A stretch of 64,000 nucleotides of DNA from an uncultured Acidimicrobiia bacterium (GCA_963834375.1 CAWIBM010000004.1:97297-161296); one strand, 5' to 3'; shown: positions 30,218 through 41,231, counted from the stretch's first letter. Notes: generated from the letters alone by a model not told the origin. Numbers and translations: made by a program.

Positions 30218-31573
30218 TCAGAGGCCGCCGATCAGCTTGTCGACCCGCTCGTCGACGGCACGGAACGGGTCCTTGCACAGCACGGTGCGCTGCGCCTGGT
30301 CGTTGAGCTTGAGGTGGACCCAGTCGACGGTGAAGTCCCGCTTGCGGGCCTTCGCCGCCTTGATGAACGCCCCGCGCAGGCGGGCCCTGGTGGTCGCCGG
30401 CGGCTCGGTCTCCGCCTTCTCCACCATCTCGTCGGTGACCACCCGCTCCACCAGGCCGCGCCGCTCCAGCAGGTAGTAGAGGCCACGCTCTCGTTTCACG
30501 TCGTGGTAGGCGAGGTCGATCAGTGCCAGACGGGGATCCGACATGGGCATCGACCGCTCCTCGACGAACCGCTCGATCAGACGGTGCTTGGCCACCCAGT
30601 CGCACTCGCGGTGGAGACTGAGCGGGTCCTTCTCCAGCCCGGTGAGCAGGTACTCCCACATCTCGATGGCGTTCTCCACCTGGGCAGGGAACCCGACGGT
30701 GCGGCCGTAGCGCATCGCCCGCTCCAGGTACTCCCACTGGATGTCGAGCGCCGAGAGCTCCCGCCCGTTGGCCAGCCGCACCCGACGCCGGCACGTGATG
30801 TCGTGGGAGATCTCCCGGATGGCCCGGATCGGGTTCTCCAGGCTGAGGTCGCGGAACACCACGTCGTCCTCGAGCATCTGGAGCAGCGCCGCCGCCGTTC
30901 CCACCTTGACCAGGGTGACGTACTCCGACATGTTGGAGTCGCCGGCGATGACGTGGAGTCGCCGGTACCGCTCGGCGTCGGCGTGGGGCTCGTCCCGGGT
31001 GTTGATGATGGGCCGGCTCCGGGTGGTCGCCGACGAGATGCCCTCCCAGATGTGCTCGGCGCGCTGCGACAGGCAGAACACCGTCCCCCGGGCGGTCTGC
31101 AGCAGCTTCCCGGCCCCGGCGTATATCTGGCGGGTGACGAAGAACGGGATCAGGGTGTCGATCACCCGCTGGAAGTCGCCGTGGCGGCCCACCAGGTAGT
31201 TCTCGTGGCACCCGTAGGAGTTGCCCGCCGAGTCGGTGTTGTTCTTGAACAGGTAGATCTGCCCCCGGATCCCCTCCTCCTCGAGCCGCTGCTCGGCAGA
31301 GGTGAGCAGGCTCTCCAGGATCCGCTCGCCCGCCTTGTCGTGGGCGACCAGGTCGAGCAGGCTGTCGCATTCGGGTGTGGCGTATTCGGGGTGGCTGCCC
31401 ACGTCGAGGTAGAGCCTGGCGCCGTTCTCCAGGAACACGTTGGAGGACCGTCCCCACGACACCACCCGCCGGAACAGGTAGCGGGCCACCTCGTCGGGTG
31501 ACAGGCGGCGCTGGCCGCGCAGCGTGCAGGTGACCCCGTACTCGGTCTCGATCCCGTAGATGCGACGCTGCAT
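30218..31573 (-). CDS. pafA: Pup--protein ligase
   Basis: [64 protein letters not shown]. Confidence 0.97.
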   Translation of the reverse strand: MQRRIYGIETEYGVTCTLRGQRRLSPDEVARYLFRRVVSWGRSSNVFLENGARLYLDVGSHPEYATPECDSLLDLVAHDKAGERILESLLTSAEQRLEEEGIRGQIYLFKNNTDSAGNSYGCHENYLVGRHGDFQRVIDTLIPFFVTRQIYAGAGKLLQTARGTVFCLSQRAEHIWEGISSATTRSRPIINTRDEPHADAERYRRLHVIAGDSNMSEYVTLVKVGTAAALLQMLEDDVVFRDLSLENPIRAIREISHDITCRRRVRLANGRELSALDIQWEYLERAMRYGRTVGFPAQVENAIEMWEYLLTGLEKDPLSLHRECDWVAKHRLIERFVEERSMPMSDPRLALIDLAYHDVKRERGLYYLLERRGLVERVVTDEMVEKAETEPPATTRARLRGAFIKAAKARKRDFTVDWVHLKLNDQAQRTVLCKDPFRAVDERVDKLIGGL

Positions 31574-31590
31574 CGTCGCACAGTACCCAG

Positions 31591-32286
31591 CTAGGGGGCT
31601 TCGACGTTCCGCGCCGTTGCGACGTCGTCGGCGGTGAGCCGGCGGAACTTGCGACGTCCCCGGGTCCGGTCGAGCACCGCCGCCTCCCAGTCGACCGGCT
31701 CGACGGTGTGCTGCTCGGCCTCCTCGATGGCGGATGTCGCCAACCGCACCGCCCCGGCCAGGTCGACATCGGCCGCCCATCCCGCGGCGAGCACCTCGGT
31801 GACCTTGGCGTCGTTGCCGCCCATGGCGCCGAAGTCGGCCATGGCGGCGAGCGTCCCGTCGAACTGGATGCGGAACATGTTGGTGCCGTCGTGACTGTCG
31901 CTGCCGATCTCGGCCACCATCAGCTCGATCTCGTAGGGCTTCAGCTCGTGGATGAAGATCTGGCCGAGCGTCTGGCTGTAGGCGTTGGCCAGCCCGCGGG
32001 CGGTGACGTCCATCCGCCCGTATGAGTAGCCCTTGATGTCGGCGTAGCGGACCCCGGCGGTGCGGAGCATCTCGAACTCGTTGAACCGTCCAACCCCGGC
32101 GAAGGCGATGCGGTCGTAGATCTCGCCCAGCTTGTGGAGCGACCCGCTCGGGTTCTCGCCGATGAGCAACACCCCGTCGACGTAGCCGCACACGGCGATG
32201 GGACGCCCTCGGGCGATCCCCTTGCGGGCGAAGTCGGCCCGCTCCTTGGTGAGCTGCTCGGGCGGGACGTAGAACGGGCTGGTCAC
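31591..32286 (-). CDS. prcA: 20S proteasome alpha subunit
   Basis: [48 protein letters not shown]. Confidence 0.95.
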   Translation of the reverse strand: MTSPFYVPPEQLTKERADFARKGIARGRPIAVCGYVDGVLLIGENPSGSLHKLGEIYDRIAFAGVGRFNEFEMLRTAGVRYADIKGYSYGRMDVTARGLANAYSQTLGQIFIHELKPYEIELMVAEIGSDSHDGTNMFRIQFDGTLAAMADFGAMGGNDAKVTEVLAAGWAADVDLAGAVRLATSAIEEAEQHTVEPVDWEAAVLDRTRGRRKFRRLTADDVATARNVEAP

Positions 32287-33092
32287 GGTCGAGCCTCGAG
32301 CACGTCGGCGGCGATACCGGCGAGCCGGTCGTCATCGACCTCGGTCAGCCCGTCGACCGTCACGGTGACCACGTTGGGGTAGATGCCTCGTTTCACGTCA
32401 GGCCCGCCGGTGGCGACATCCTCCTCGGAAGCGGCGACCAGCGCCTCCACCGCCATCCGAAGCGCGGAGTCCTCGTCGAGGTCGGTCCGGAACGACGCCT
32501 TGAGGAAGGCCCTTGCCTCGTTGCCTCCGGAGCCGGTGCTTGCGTAGTCCTGCTCCAGGTAGCGGCCGCCGACCACGTCGAACGAGTACAGGGCGCCGGT
32601 GGCGGTGGTCTCGTCGAAGCCGCAGAACAGCGGCACCACCGCCAGCCCCTGGAAGGCGAGGGGTAGGTGGCCGCGCACCATCCTGGCGAGATAGTTGGCC
32701 TTCCCTTCGAGAGACAGCCGGGTGCCCTCGATCTTCTCGTAGTGCTCCAGCTCCAGCTGGAACAGCCGGATCAACTCGATGGCGAGCCCGGCGGTCCCGG
32801 CGATGGCGACCGCCGAGTATTCGTCGGCGGGGAACACCTTCTGCACCCGCTTGTGGGCGATGTAGTTGCCGGAGGTGGCGCGACGGTCACCGGCCATCAC
32901 CACGCCGTCGGAGTACTTCAGGGCCAGCACCGTCGTTCCTTCGGGGACCTCGGGGAAGGTGCCGCTCTCGGGGATCCGCCAGTGGGGAGCCAGCCCCCGT
33001 TGGTCGAGCAGCGAAGCGAAGCTGGCGTCGAGGCTGGGGGGCTCGAGGGGGAGGACCGGGCCGGTGCCGAGCTCGTCCCTGCTGCGGCTCAC
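32283..33092 (-). CDS. prcB: 20S proteasome beta subunit
   Basis: Propeptide then [22 protein letters not shown] (catalytic Thr), GSG, GGPD. Confidence 0.95.
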   Translation of the reverse strand: MSRSRDELGTGPVLPLEPPSLDASFASLLDQRGLAPHWRIPESGTFPEVPEGTTVLALKYSDGVVMAGDRRATSGNYIAHKRVQKVFPADEYSAVAIAGTAGLAIELIRLFQLELEHYEKIEGTRLSLEGKANYLARMVRGHLPLAFQGLAVVPLFCGFDETTATGALYSFDVVGGRYLEQDYASTGSGGNEARAFLKASFRTDLDEDSALRMAVEALVAASEEDVATGGPDVKRGIYPNVVTVTVDGLTEVDDDRLAGIAADVLEARP

Positions 33093-33277
33093 TCGCCGCC
33101 CTTCTGGACGTAGTTCTTGACGAACTCCTCGGCGTTCTCCTCGAGCACCGAGTCGATCTCCTCGAGGAGATCGTCGATCTTCTCGGTCAACTCGTCGGCC
33201 TGCTCGGCAGGCGCGCTCTCGTCGATCTCCTCCTGGCGGCCCGGTACCGGCGTCTGCTTGCGTTCCTGCTCAGCCAT
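33089..33277 (-). CDS. pup: prokaryotic ubiquitin-like protein Pup (GGE C-terminus)
   Basis: [28 protein letters not shown]. Confidence 0.97.
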   Translation of the reverse strand: MAEQERKQTPVPGRQEEIDESAPAEQADELTEKIDDLLEEIDSVLEENAEEFVKNYVQKGGE

Positions 33278-34766
33278 CGTCGCCTCCCAACGCCTTGATC
33301 AGGGCCGCCGGCGTGTCGCACCGGTCGAGCAACTCGCCCACCATCTCTTTCGAGCCCTTCAGCGGTTCCATCATAGGTACCCGCCTCAACGCCTCCTCGC
33401 CGGTGTCGAAGACCAGGGAGTCCCAGTTGGCGGCCACCAGCGCCGGCCCGAACCGGCCGACGCATTCACCCCTGAAGTACGCCCGGGTCTCATCGGGGGG
33501 CCGGGTGACCGCCTCCTCGACCTCATCGTCGGTGAAGAGCCGCTGCATCCTGGCGCCGGCCACCAGTCGGTGGTAGAGGCCGCGTTCGGGATCGACGTCG
33601 TGGTATTGGAGGTCGAGGAGCCGCAGCTTGGGATGGTCCCACGACAGGTCGTCGCGGTCGACGTAGGCGGCGAGCAACCGGCGCTTGGCCACCCAGTCGA
33701 GCCGGTCGGCGAGCCGCATCGGGTCGACTTCGAGGTCGGTGAGCACCTCCTCCCAGCGCTCCAACAAGACCGGGTACCGGTCGCCGAGGTCGACGGTGTT
33801 GACGTGCTTGGTAGCCCACTCCAGGTACTGCCACTGCATCTCCAGCGCGGTCATCGTCCCGCCACCGTCGAGCGGTAGCGGCACGGTGAGGTCGAGGTCG
33901 TGGCTCACCTGCCACGCTGCCTTCACCGGGTCCTCGAGGGTGATGGGCTCGGGCAGCGCCCCGGCCTCCAGCGCCGCCAGCACAACGGTGGTGGAGCCGA
34001 GCTTGAGGAAGGTCTGGACCTCGGACAGGTTGGCATCGCCGAAGATGACGTGGAGCCGGCGATAGCGGGATGCGTCGGCGTGCGGCTCGTCGCGGGTGTT
34101 GATGATGGGCCGCTTCAGCGTTGTCTCCAGGCCCACCTCCTCCTCGAAGAAGTCGGCCCGCTGGGTCAGCTGGAAGTCCACCGGGGGGCGCCCGTTCTCG
34201 GACCCGACCTTTCCCGAGCCGGTGAAGACCTGCCGCGACACGAGGAAGGCGGTGAGGTGGCGGACGATCTCCCCGAAGGGAAGCGCCCGGGCCAGCAGGT
34301 AGTTCTCGTGGGCCCCGTACGAGTTGCCCTTGCCGTCGCTGTTGTTCTTGTGGATGAACATGCGCTCAGGCTCCGGCATGGCGGCCCGAGCCGCGGCAAC
34401 GGCGCGGGCCATGATCACCTCCCCGGCCTTGTCGTACCGTGCCGCTTGGAGCGGGTCTATGCACTCCGGCGTCGAGTATTCCGGATGGGCGTGGTCGACG
34501 TACAGCCGGGCACCGTTGGTCAACACCACGTTGACCAACCCCGTCTCCAGCTCGGGCGGGAACAGCCCTTCGTAGCCGAAGCCGCGGGCGTCACGCCCCG
34601 GTGACTCCTCGTCGATCGACCACTGGATACGGGCCCGGCCGCCGCGATAGGAGTTGATCACCGTGCTCGACGAGAGCACCGGATTGAAGTCGGCCTGGTG
34701 ACGGACCGTGATGCCGTACTCGGTCTCGGTGCCCAGGACCCTGGGCTGCGCCGAGGCCTCGGTCAC
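33270..34766 (-). CDS. dop: Pup deamidase/depupylase
   Basis: [56 protein letters not shown]. Confidence 0.96.
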   Translation of the reverse strand: MTEASAQPRVLGTETEYGITVRHQADFNPVLSSSTVINSYRGGRARIQWSIDEESPGRDARGFGYEGLFPPELETGLVNVVLTNGARLYVDHAHPEYSTPECIDPLQAARYDKAGEVIMARAVAAARAAMPEPERMFIHKNNSDGKGNSYGAHENYLLARALPFGEIVRHLTAFLVSRQVFTGSGKVGSENGRPPVDFQLTQRADFFEEEVGLETTLKRPIINTRDEPHADASRYRRLHVIFGDANLSEVQTFLKLGSTTVVLAALEAGALPEPITLEDPVKAAWQVSHDLDLTVPLPLDGGGTMTALEMQWQYLEWATKHVNTVDLGDRYPVLLERWEEVLTDLEVDPMRLADRLDWVAKRRLLAAYVDRDDLSWDHPKLRLLDLQYHDVDPERGLYHRLVAGARMQRLFTDDEVEEAVTRPPDETRAYFRGECVGRFGPALVAANWDSLVFDTGEEALRRVPMMEPLKGSKEMVGELLDRCDTPAALIKALGGDDG

Positions 34767-36481
34767 AGGTACTGCCCGGGCGCCACCGCCTCGATGGCGC
34801 GCCCTTCCCCGTCGCTGGCGATGAGCCGGACGTAGACGATCCGCTCGCCCTTCTTGCCCGAGATCTTGGCCCAGTCGTCGGGGTTGGTGGTGTTGGGCAG
34901 GTCCTCGTGCTCCTTGAACTCCTGGGCGATGGCGGCGAGGAGGTCGCCCTCGGTCATCCCGAGGGGGTCGCCGGCGATCTCCCGCTTGATGGCGTCCTTC
35001 TTGGCCCGGCTGACGATGTTCTCGATCATCGCCCCGCTGGCGAAGTCCTTGAAGTAGAGGGTCTCCCGGTCGCCGTTGGCGTAGGTGACCTCGAGGAACC
35101 GGTTGTTCTCGGAGGTGTCGTACATCCGGGCGACCACCGCCTCGATCAGGGACGCCACCAGAGCCGACCGGTCGCCGTCGAACCGGTCCAGCTCGGTCTG
35201 AGCGTAGGGCAGCGTCTCACTGAGGTAGATGCGGAAGATCTGGCGGGCGGCGTCCACGTTGGGGCGCTCGATCTTCACCTTCACGTCCAGCCGGCCGGGC
35301 CGGAGGATGGCGGGGTCGATGAGGTCCTCGCGGTTGGAGGCGCCAATGACGATGACGTTCTTCAGGGTCTCCACGCCGTCGAGCTCGGACAGGAGCTGAG
35401 GCACGATGGTGGACTCCACGTCGGAGGACACCCCCGTTCCCCTGGTGCGGAACAGCGAGTCCATCTCGTCGAAGAAGACGATGACGGGCACACCCTCGTC
35501 CGACTTCTCCTTGGCCCGCTGGAAGATGAGCCGGATCTGGCGCTCGGTCTCGCCCACGTACTTGTTGAGCAGTTCGGGGCCCTTGATGTTGAGGAAGTAG
35601 GACCGGGTGTCCTCGTTGCCCTCTTTGGCAGCGACCGCCTGGGCCAGGCTGTTGGCCACCGCCTTGGCGATGAGCGTCTTACCGCATCCCGGTGGCCCGT
35701 ACAGGAGCACGCCCTTCGGGGGCGACAGGTCGTACTCGTCGAACCGCTCCTTGTGGACATACGGCAGCTCGACGGCGTCCTGGATGGCGATGATCTGCTC
35801 GCTGAGCCCGCCGATGTCCTCGTAGGTGATGTCGGGCACCTCTTCGAGCACCAGCTCCTCGACCTCGGGCCGGACCAGCTTCTCGAACACCATGCCGGTG
35901 CGGGTGTCCAGCCTGACGTGGTCGCCGGGGCGGAGGAACACCCCGCGCATCGGCGATGCGATCTCGGTCACCCGCTCCTCGTCGGCGCGTCCGATCACCA
36001 GCAGCCTGGTGTCGTCGAGGACCTCTTTGACCGTCACCACCTCGCCCTGGATCTCGAAGTAGCGGACGTCGACGATGTTGCTCGCCTCGTTGAGGAGGAC
36101 CTCCTGGCCGACCTCGAGCGCCTTGATCTCGATGGTCGGCTCCACGTTGACCCGCAGCTTGCGTCCGGCGGTGTGGACGTCGGCGGTCCCGTCCTCGTTG
36201 ACCCTGAGCACGGTGCCGAACGGGTTGGGCGGCGCCGTCAGCTTCTCGACTTCCTGGCGCAGCATGGCGAGCTGCTGGCGGGTCTCCTCGAGGGCGGCGG
36301 CGAGCTTCTGGTTCTGAGTGGCGGCCTGGTTGAGGCGGTTCTTGGTCTCGAGCAGCCGTTCCTCCAGCACCCGGACCCGACGGGGCGCGTCCTGGAGCCG
36401 GCGGCGCAGGACGGCGACCTCCTCCTCCAGCATCCGCACCGTTGCCCTCAGCTGGTGTGCCTCGTTCCCACCCTGGTCCAC
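34763..36481 (-). CDS. arc: proteasome ATPase ARC/Mpa
   Basis: N-terminal coiled coil, [26 protein letters not shown]-terminal GQYL. Confidence 0.97.
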   Translation of the reverse strand: MDQGGNEAHQLRATVRMLEEEVAVLRRRLQDAPRRVRVLEERLLETKNRLNQAATQNQKLAAALEETRQQLAMLRQEVEKLTAPPNPFGTVLRVNEDGTADVHTAGRKLRVNVEPTIEIKALEVGQEVLLNEASNIVDVRYFEIQGEVVTVKEVLDDTRLLVIGRADEERVTEIASPMRGVFLRPGDHVRLDTRTGMVFEKLVRPEVEELVLEEVPDITYEDIGGLSEQIIAIQDAVELPYVHKERFDEYDLSPPKGVLLYGPPGCGKTLIAKAVANSLAQAVAAKEGNEDTRSYFLNIKGPELLNKYVGETERQIRLIFQRAKEKSDEGVPVIVFFDEMDSLFRTRGTGVSSDVESTIVPQLLSELDGVETLKNVIVIGASNREDLIDPAILRPGRLDVKVKIERPNVDAARQIFRIYLSETLPYAQTELDRFDGDRSALVASLIEAVVARMYDTSENNRFLEVTYANGDRETLYFKDFASGAMIENIVSRAKKDAIKREIAGDPLGMTEGDLLAAIAQEFKEHEDLPNTTNPDDWAKISGKKGERIVYVRLIASDGEGRAIEAVAPGQYL

Positions 36482-36612
36482 GTCGCTTCCTTCCCTGGCC
36501 CTGCTTCGCACTATAGGCCCGGCCTACCACAATCTCGGTGGTCCTCGGAGGGCGATCGCAAGCGATGTCGACGCCGGTAGAATGCCGGTGCGGGTAACGA
36601 GAGGACCACCTC

Positions 36613-36858
36613 ATGAAGGTATGGATCGACCAGGATCTGTGCACCGGAGACGGGCTGTGCGAGGAGATCGCACCCGACGTCTTCGTCCTCCTCGACGACG
36701 GCCTGGCCTACGTCCGCGAGGGCGGGACCATCTACGCCGAGTCGAAGGGCAACCCGCAGGGCGCCGCCGGCATGGCCCCCATCCCGGACAACCAGCTCGA
36801 CGTCGTCGTCGAAGCGGCCGAGGAGTGCCCCGGCGAGTGCATCTTCATCGAGCCGTGA
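36613..36858 (+). CDS. single-cluster ferredoxin
   Basis: MKVWIDQDLCTGDGLCEEIAP...AAEECPGECI (C-x2-D-x2-C...CP); TAGAAT -10 and GAGGA RBS upstream. Confidence 0.92.
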   Translation: MKVWIDQDLCTGDGLCEEIAPDVFVLLDDGLAYVREGGTIYAESKGNPQGAAGMAPIPDNQLDVVVEAAEECPGECIFIEP

Positions 36859-36892
36859 GGTTCGACGCCCGGCCTCGGGCGGTTTCGCGGCG

Positions 36893-37408
36893 TCACCGCG
36901 TCTCGAGGATGCCGGCGACGTAGTCCGCCTGGCCGGTGTGCTGGGTGGCGTCGTCGACGACGCTCACCAACCGCACCGCCAGCGTAACCGGCGGGTCCCA
37001 CCTGCGGTCGACGATGCGGTCGAGGTCCTCCTCGGTGAGGGTGTCGACGACCCCGTGGACGTAGGCCTGAACCGCGTCGTGGTAGCCGAGCAGGAGGTCG
37101 GCGGCGACCCGGACGCTGGCGACGTCCTCAGCGGTGTGCCCGTAGCCGGTCGAGCGGTCGTCGAAGGGCAGGGCGAACGACGACGCCCAGCCGTCCCGGA
37201 TCCACACCTGCTCGTCGCCCTGGGCGCGGGCGACGTGGTCGTCCATGATTCGGGTCAGGTGCCAGACCAGCCACGCCACCGTGTTGGCGCCGGGAGCGAC
37301 ACGGGCCGCCAGCTGTTCGTCGGAGAGCCGCCCCACAACGCGCTGGACGTTCTCGCTGATCCGGTTGAACGAGTCGGTGAGGACGTCGCTGGCTGTGGCC
37401 ATGGTCAA
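36893..37408 (-). CDS. DinB/DUF664 (mycothiol transferase-like) protein
   Basis: NTVAWLVWHLTRIMDDH, RRWDPPVTLAVRLVSVVDDATQHTGQADY. Confidence 0.85.
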   Translation of the reverse strand: MTMATASDVLTDSFNRISENVQRVVGRLSDEQLAARVAPGANTVAWLVWHLTRIMDDHVARAQGDEQVWIRDGWASSFALPFDDRSTGYGHTAEDVASVRVAADLLLGYHDAVQAYVHGVVDTLTEEDLDRIVDRRWDPPVTLAVRLVSVVDDATQHTGQADYVAGILETR

Positions 37409-38334
37409 ATGCCCTCCTCGACCTGGTGGGTGGGTCCGGTGGGATCCTCGTCATCCGGCGCGTCCACAGCCCCCTCCTCGTCCGCGGTGCTGGCCTTCGG
37501 CCCCTGCTGCGGCCACTCCTCCCCCGAGGGGGGAGGAGAAATTCGTCTTGCAGTGGTGATGAAACCGGTGTGGCCCACCATACGGTGCGAGGGCCGCACC
37601 GAACGGCCGTCGACGACCCAGGAGCGGTGGAGCACCTCGAAGGTCTCCACGGCGAAGAAGCCACCTGAGGCGCGCAGCTCGTCGACCACGGTCTGCACTT
37701 GGGGGACGGTGGGCAGGTAGCAGAGGAAGACCCCGCCGGGCCGGAGGCGGGTGGCGGCGAGCCGGGCCAGATGCCATGGCTCGGGCAGGTCGAGCACCAC
37801 CCTGTCGGGGGAGACCTCGTCGAGCGCATCCTCCACGTCCCCCACCCGCAGGTCGACCTGTTCCGGGACCGTGCCCGAGAACCCGGCGATCAGCTTGCTC
37901 GCCACGGTGGCATGGTCGGTGCGCCGCTCGTAGCTCACCACCCGGCCCCTGGATCCGACGGCCCTGGCCAGCGCCATCGTCAGCGCACCCGAGCCCGTCC
38001 CGGCCTCCAGGACCGTCATCCCCGGTCCGATGTCGCCGGCGACCAGGATCGCCCCGATGTCCTTGGGATAGGACACGGTGGCCCGCCGCCCCATCTTCAG
38101 CACGTAGTCCCCCAAGGTGGGGAGCAGGGCCACGTACGGCTCCCCGAGGGTGGTCAGGTGAACGCTGCCGTCGCCGGCGCCGATGAGGTCGTCGTGCTCG
38201 ATCATCCCGCGGTGGGAGTGGAACTGCCGTCCGGGGACCAGCTCGATCAGGTAGCGGCGACCCTTGGCGTCGTGGAGCATGCACGGGCCGCCAGAGACGA
38301 ACTCAGGCTGCATTCCGGCTGCGGGGTTGGTCAC
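37405..38334 (-). CDS. trmI: tRNA (adenine-58-N1)-methyltransferase
   Basis: YPKDIG, VLEAGTGSGALT, SYERR, LDLPEPW, RPSHRMVGHTGF; usual neighbour of arc. Confidence 0.92.
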   Translation of the reverse strand: MTNPAAGMQPEFVSGGPCMLHDAKGRRYLIELVPGRQFHSHRGMIEHDDLIGAGDGSVHLTTLGEPYVALLPTLGDYVLKMGRRATVSYPKDIGAILVAGDIGPGMTVLEAGTGSGALTMALARAVGSRGRVVSYERRTDHATVASKLIAGFSGTVPEQVDLRVGDVEDALDEVSPDRVVLDLPEPWHLARLAATRLRPGGVFLCYLPTVPQVQTVVDELRASGGFFAVETFEVLHRSWVVDGRSVRPSHRMVGHTGFITTARRISPPPSGEEWPQQGPKASTADEEGAVDAPDDEDPTGPTHQVEEGI

Positions 38335-38341
38335 GGCCCGG

Positions 38342-38446
38342 TCAGTTGATGAGGACCGCGCTCAACGACGCGACGAAGGTGAGGACCAGGGCCGTCACCA
38401 GGACCCAGACGACGATCTTCACCGACCGGTCCTGCCGGTCGGGCAT
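38342..38446 (-). CDS. small membrane protein (34 aa)
   Basis: MPDRQDRSVKIVVWVLVTALVLTFVASLSAVLIN; ATG overlaps the upstream TGA. Confidence 0.55.
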   Translation of the reverse strand: MPDRQDRSVKIVVWVLVTALVLTFVASLSAVLIN

Positions 38447-38712
38447 CAGCCCGTCACCTCCGTCTCCTCGCCCTCGCCGTCGTCGTCGACCAGGCGGATC
38501 CTGATTGTCTCCCCTTTGCTCAGGTTGGCGACATACAGGAGCTCCCTTGCGGGCGGCCGGTGGTTGCGCATCCACGACAGGACGAGGAGCGCGGTCCCCA
38601 ATGCCGAGGCGGTCGAGTTCCCGGTCCGCAACCCGGAGAAGAGCTGCTGCGACCCGTAGGCCGACATCGAACTCGCCCCCAGGCCGAACTGCCTGGCGAG
38701 CCAGCGAATCAT
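38446..38712 (-). CDS. small hypothetical membrane-associated protein
   Basis: 88-aa ORF coupled on both sides (ATGA/TGATG overlaps), with a hydrophobic core. Confidence 0.65.
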   Translation of the reverse strand: MIRWLARQFGLGASSMSAYGSQQLFSGLRTGNSTASALGTALLVLSWMRNHRPPARELLYVANLSKGETIRIRLVDDDGEGEETEVTG

Positions 38713-38912
38713 CGGAGCCGGATCACCTCGACCCGAGCCCCGCCCGTGCCCTTGGACCCGCGCCTCCTACCGAAGATGAAGGCGAGGACGATGAACAACA
38801 CCACGCCGACGGCGATGGCGGCGCCTGTGGTCCGCGCCTGCTCCTTGGTGTCGGTGACGATGGTCTCGATCTGGCGCAGCTTGTTCTCCAGATCGGCCCG
38901 TTGCACGGTCAT
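38709..38912 (-). CDS. small coiled-coil plus C-terminal TM protein (DUF3618/ElaB-like architecture)
   Basis: RADLENKLRQIE...GVVLFIVLAFIFGRRRG; GGAG RBS. Confidence 0.6.
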   Translation of the reverse strand: MTVQRADLENKLRQIETIVTDTKEQARTTGAAIAVGVVLFIVLAFIFGRRRGSKGTGGARVEVIRLR

Positions 38913-38917
38913 GCTGG

Positions 38918-39223
38918 TCACTCCTTGGTCGAGGCGGCGGTGATCTTGATGAGGACGACGGCCACGGCGGCCATGACGAGCGCCCCGAGCACGTACCCGA
39001 GCGCCTCCCAGTTGGGGCCCTCGGGCAACGCCATGATCAGGTAGCGGGTGCCGGCGATCCCGAAGAACAGCGCGGAGAGCACGAAGCAGAACGCCGCCCC
39101 CAACGATATCCCGGCGAACCGGCCGAGTTGCTTGGCGGGAACCACCGTCTCCTGGCGGAGGTACTCGGTGGACATCGACACGAACTCTCGGACGTGGTCG
39201 GGCAGTTCTCGTACGTCAGCCAT
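38918..39223 (-). CDS. actinobacterial phage-holin-like two-TM protein
   Basis: Amphipathic N-terminus (YLRQET), then two TM helices. Confidence 0.55.
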   Translation of the reverse strand: MADVRELPDHVREFVSMSTEYLRQETVVPAKQLGRFAGISLGAAFCFVLSALFFGIAGTRYLIMALPEGPNWEALGYVLGALVMAAVAVVLIKITAASTKE

Positions 39224-39300
39224 GGTGCTCCTCGCTCGGCGTCAGGGTAACGCACCGGAATGGCGGCCCGCGGACCCGCAGGGGCCCCGGACGCTTCTGG

Positions 39301-39423
39301 TCAGAACCGCCGTCGGGCGGCGCTGTTCGACTTACGCCGTCCCCTGGCGAACCAACCGACGGCCAGGCCGAGCAGGAAAGCGAGGAGCATCCAGACGACG
39401 ATCTGGCTGGCGATGTAGCTCAC
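39301..39423 (-). CDS. small membrane protein, ArfB/ArfC-like (40 aa)
   Basis: GTG start after GGAGGAG; (M)SYIASQIVVWMLLAFLLGLAVGWFARGRRK... Confidence 0.65.
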   Translation of the reverse strand: MSYIASQIVVWMLLAFLLGLAVGWFARGRRKSNSAARRRF

Positions 39424-39427
39424 ACCC

Positions 39428-40615
39428 TCACTCCTCCAAGGCGATGAACTCGATCCGGCGGTTCCGTGCCCGGCCTTCCTCGGTGGCGTTCGAGGCGATG
39501 GGCCTGGTGTCACCGTAGGCGGTCACCACGAAACGGTCTGGATCCTGGCCGCGTTCGACCAGGAAATCGACCACCGCCTGGGCGCGCCGCCGCGACAGAT
39601 CCATGTTGGCCGCCGCTGAGCCGACCGCGTCGGCGTGACCGGCGATCTCGACCGGCACGTCGGGGAACTGGCGGAGCGACGGGACTATCTCCGCCAGCAG
39701 ACGGCGACCGTCGCGGGTGAGGACGTCGGAGTTGAACTCGAACTCGATCACCTTGCCGCTGATGAGATCGTCGAGGTTCTCCTGCAGCTCGACCACCTGC
39801 TGGCGGGGGGGCGGCGGAGGAGCGTCGACCAGCGAGAGCGCGCTGACGAAGGCGAGCGGGCTGTCCTGGAACAGGTCCTCTGCGGCACGGCGGACGTCGG
39901 CCCTGACCTGGCGTGAGTCGAAGACGGCGGACACGGTGGCCACCCCCGAATCGGGATTGACCACGATCTCGAACTCGTCGACCTCCTGGTTGAGGCGATC
40001 GGTGATCGCCAGCACCGCCGCCATCCACTCGTCCACCGCCGGGACGTGCTCCCGGATCTCCAGCCCCTCGGTGTCGAGTTGGTGGCCGGTGTCGGCCAGG
40101 GCCGTGGTGACCCGGTTGATGGCGGACTGGCTGGGCAGGGTCCCGGTGACGGTGAGGACGTCGTCGGCCAGGGTGAGCACCATCGGATCCGAGGGCGCCG
40201 GGACGCCTTCGGGAACGACGAGCTCCCGCACGTCCAGGCTGCTGAACACCCGCTGCACACCGGGACGGTTCGACACCGTCTCGGGGAGAGCGACGAGGTC
40301 CTCCTCGGTGGGGACGGTGCCGTCCAATTCGATGTCCTGTCCGCTGGCCTGGACCTCGACGTCGTCGAAGCCGGCGCGGCGCAGGTACTCGAGAGTGTCG
40401 CGCTGCAAGGCCGCCTCGACCTGGCTCGACCCGAAGAACACCGCCGCCGCCGTCAGCGCGATCAGCGCCAGCGCCGACAGCAACCAGAAGGCGAACCCGG
40501 AGAGGATCGGCCCTTCCTCGTCCTCCCCGGCGATGTAGCGGGGGGTGTGCTGGCGCGGGGTCTCGTCGAGGTCCCGGATCCTCACTCTGGCCGTCCTGGA
40601 GGGCTTCTTGGCCAC
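39428..40615 (-). CDS. TM-BON-OmpA-like peptidoglycan-binding protein (ArfA/Rv0899-like)
   Basis: N-terminal TM, BON-like VEVQASGQDIELDGTV, OmpA_C domain (IEFEFNSDVL, IAGHAD, NMDLSRRRAQAV, NRRIEF). Confidence 0.85.
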   Translation of the reverse strand: MAKKPSRTARVRIRDLDETPRQHTPRYIAGEDEEGPILSGFAFWLLSALALIALTAAAVFFGSSQVEAALQRDTLEYLRRAGFDDVEVQASGQDIELDGTVPTEEDLVALPETVSNRPGVQRVFSSLDVRELVVPEGVPAPSDPMVLTLADDVLTVTGTLPSQSAINRVTTALADTGHQLDTEGLEIREHVPAVDEWMAAVLAITDRLNQEVDEFEIVVNPDSGVATVSAVFDSRQVRADVRRAAEDLFQDSPLAFVSALSLVDAPPPPPRQQVVELQENLDDLISGKVIEFEFNSDVLTRDGRRLLAEIVPSLRQFPDVPVEIAGHADAVGSAAANMDLSRRRAQAVVDFLVERGQDPDRFVVTAYGDTRPIASNATEEGRARNRRIEFIALEE

Positions 40616-40661
40616 GCTGCTCCTGTTGTCGTCCCGGCACCGTGCCGGGGACCAGGGCAAT

Positions 40662-41144
40662 CTACCGGAGGTCCGAGTTCAGGTGATCGAGAAGGCGGTC
40701 GACCAAGGCGCCCTGCGCAGGGTTTAGGAGCCTCCTGGCGTCGTCCGGCCCCACCCAGGCGACCCTGTCGATCTCCGGGATCTCCAGCGTGCCGGTCGAG
40801 CCGGGTGGCCACCTGATGGTGACGACGTTGGAGACGATGGTTGCTGGGTCGACGTCGCCTTCGCCGGCGAAGGCGTGGACCGTCTTGCCCGCCTTCTGCA
40901 CCACCGTTCCCAGGTCATGCAGCACCTCGGGGGCAGGGAGCCCGAGCTCCTCGGCGAACTCGCGGCGAGCAGCCGTCTCCGGGTCCTCTTCGCCCTCGAC
41001 GAGCCCTTTGGGGATGGTCCACGCCCCCTCGTCACGCTTCGCCCAGAACGGGCCTCCCGGGTGGGCGATCAGCACCTCGATGGCGCCCCCGGCGAGGCGG
41101 TAGAGAAGCACGCCGCAGCTGACGGGTTGGTTGGCGGACGCCAC
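40662..41144 (-). CDS. NUDIX hydrolase
   Basis: HPGGPFWAKRDEGAWTIPKG...AARREFAEELG, EIPEIDR. Confidence 0.88.
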   Translation of the reverse strand: MASANQPVSCGVLLYRLAGGAIEVLIAHPGGPFWAKRDEGAWTIPKGLVEGEEDPETAARREFAEELGLPAPEVLHDLGTVVQKAGKTVHAFAGEGDVDPATIVSNVVTIRWPPGSTGTLEIPEIDRVAWVGPDDARRLLNPAQGALVDRLLDHLNSDLR

Positions 41145-41231
41145 CTTCCGAGGCTAGAACGGTTCGTAGCGCGCTGGAGCCGCGGCCGCAGTCGAAGCCG
41201 CGAGCGACGTGAATCGACGAACTCTGGTTTC

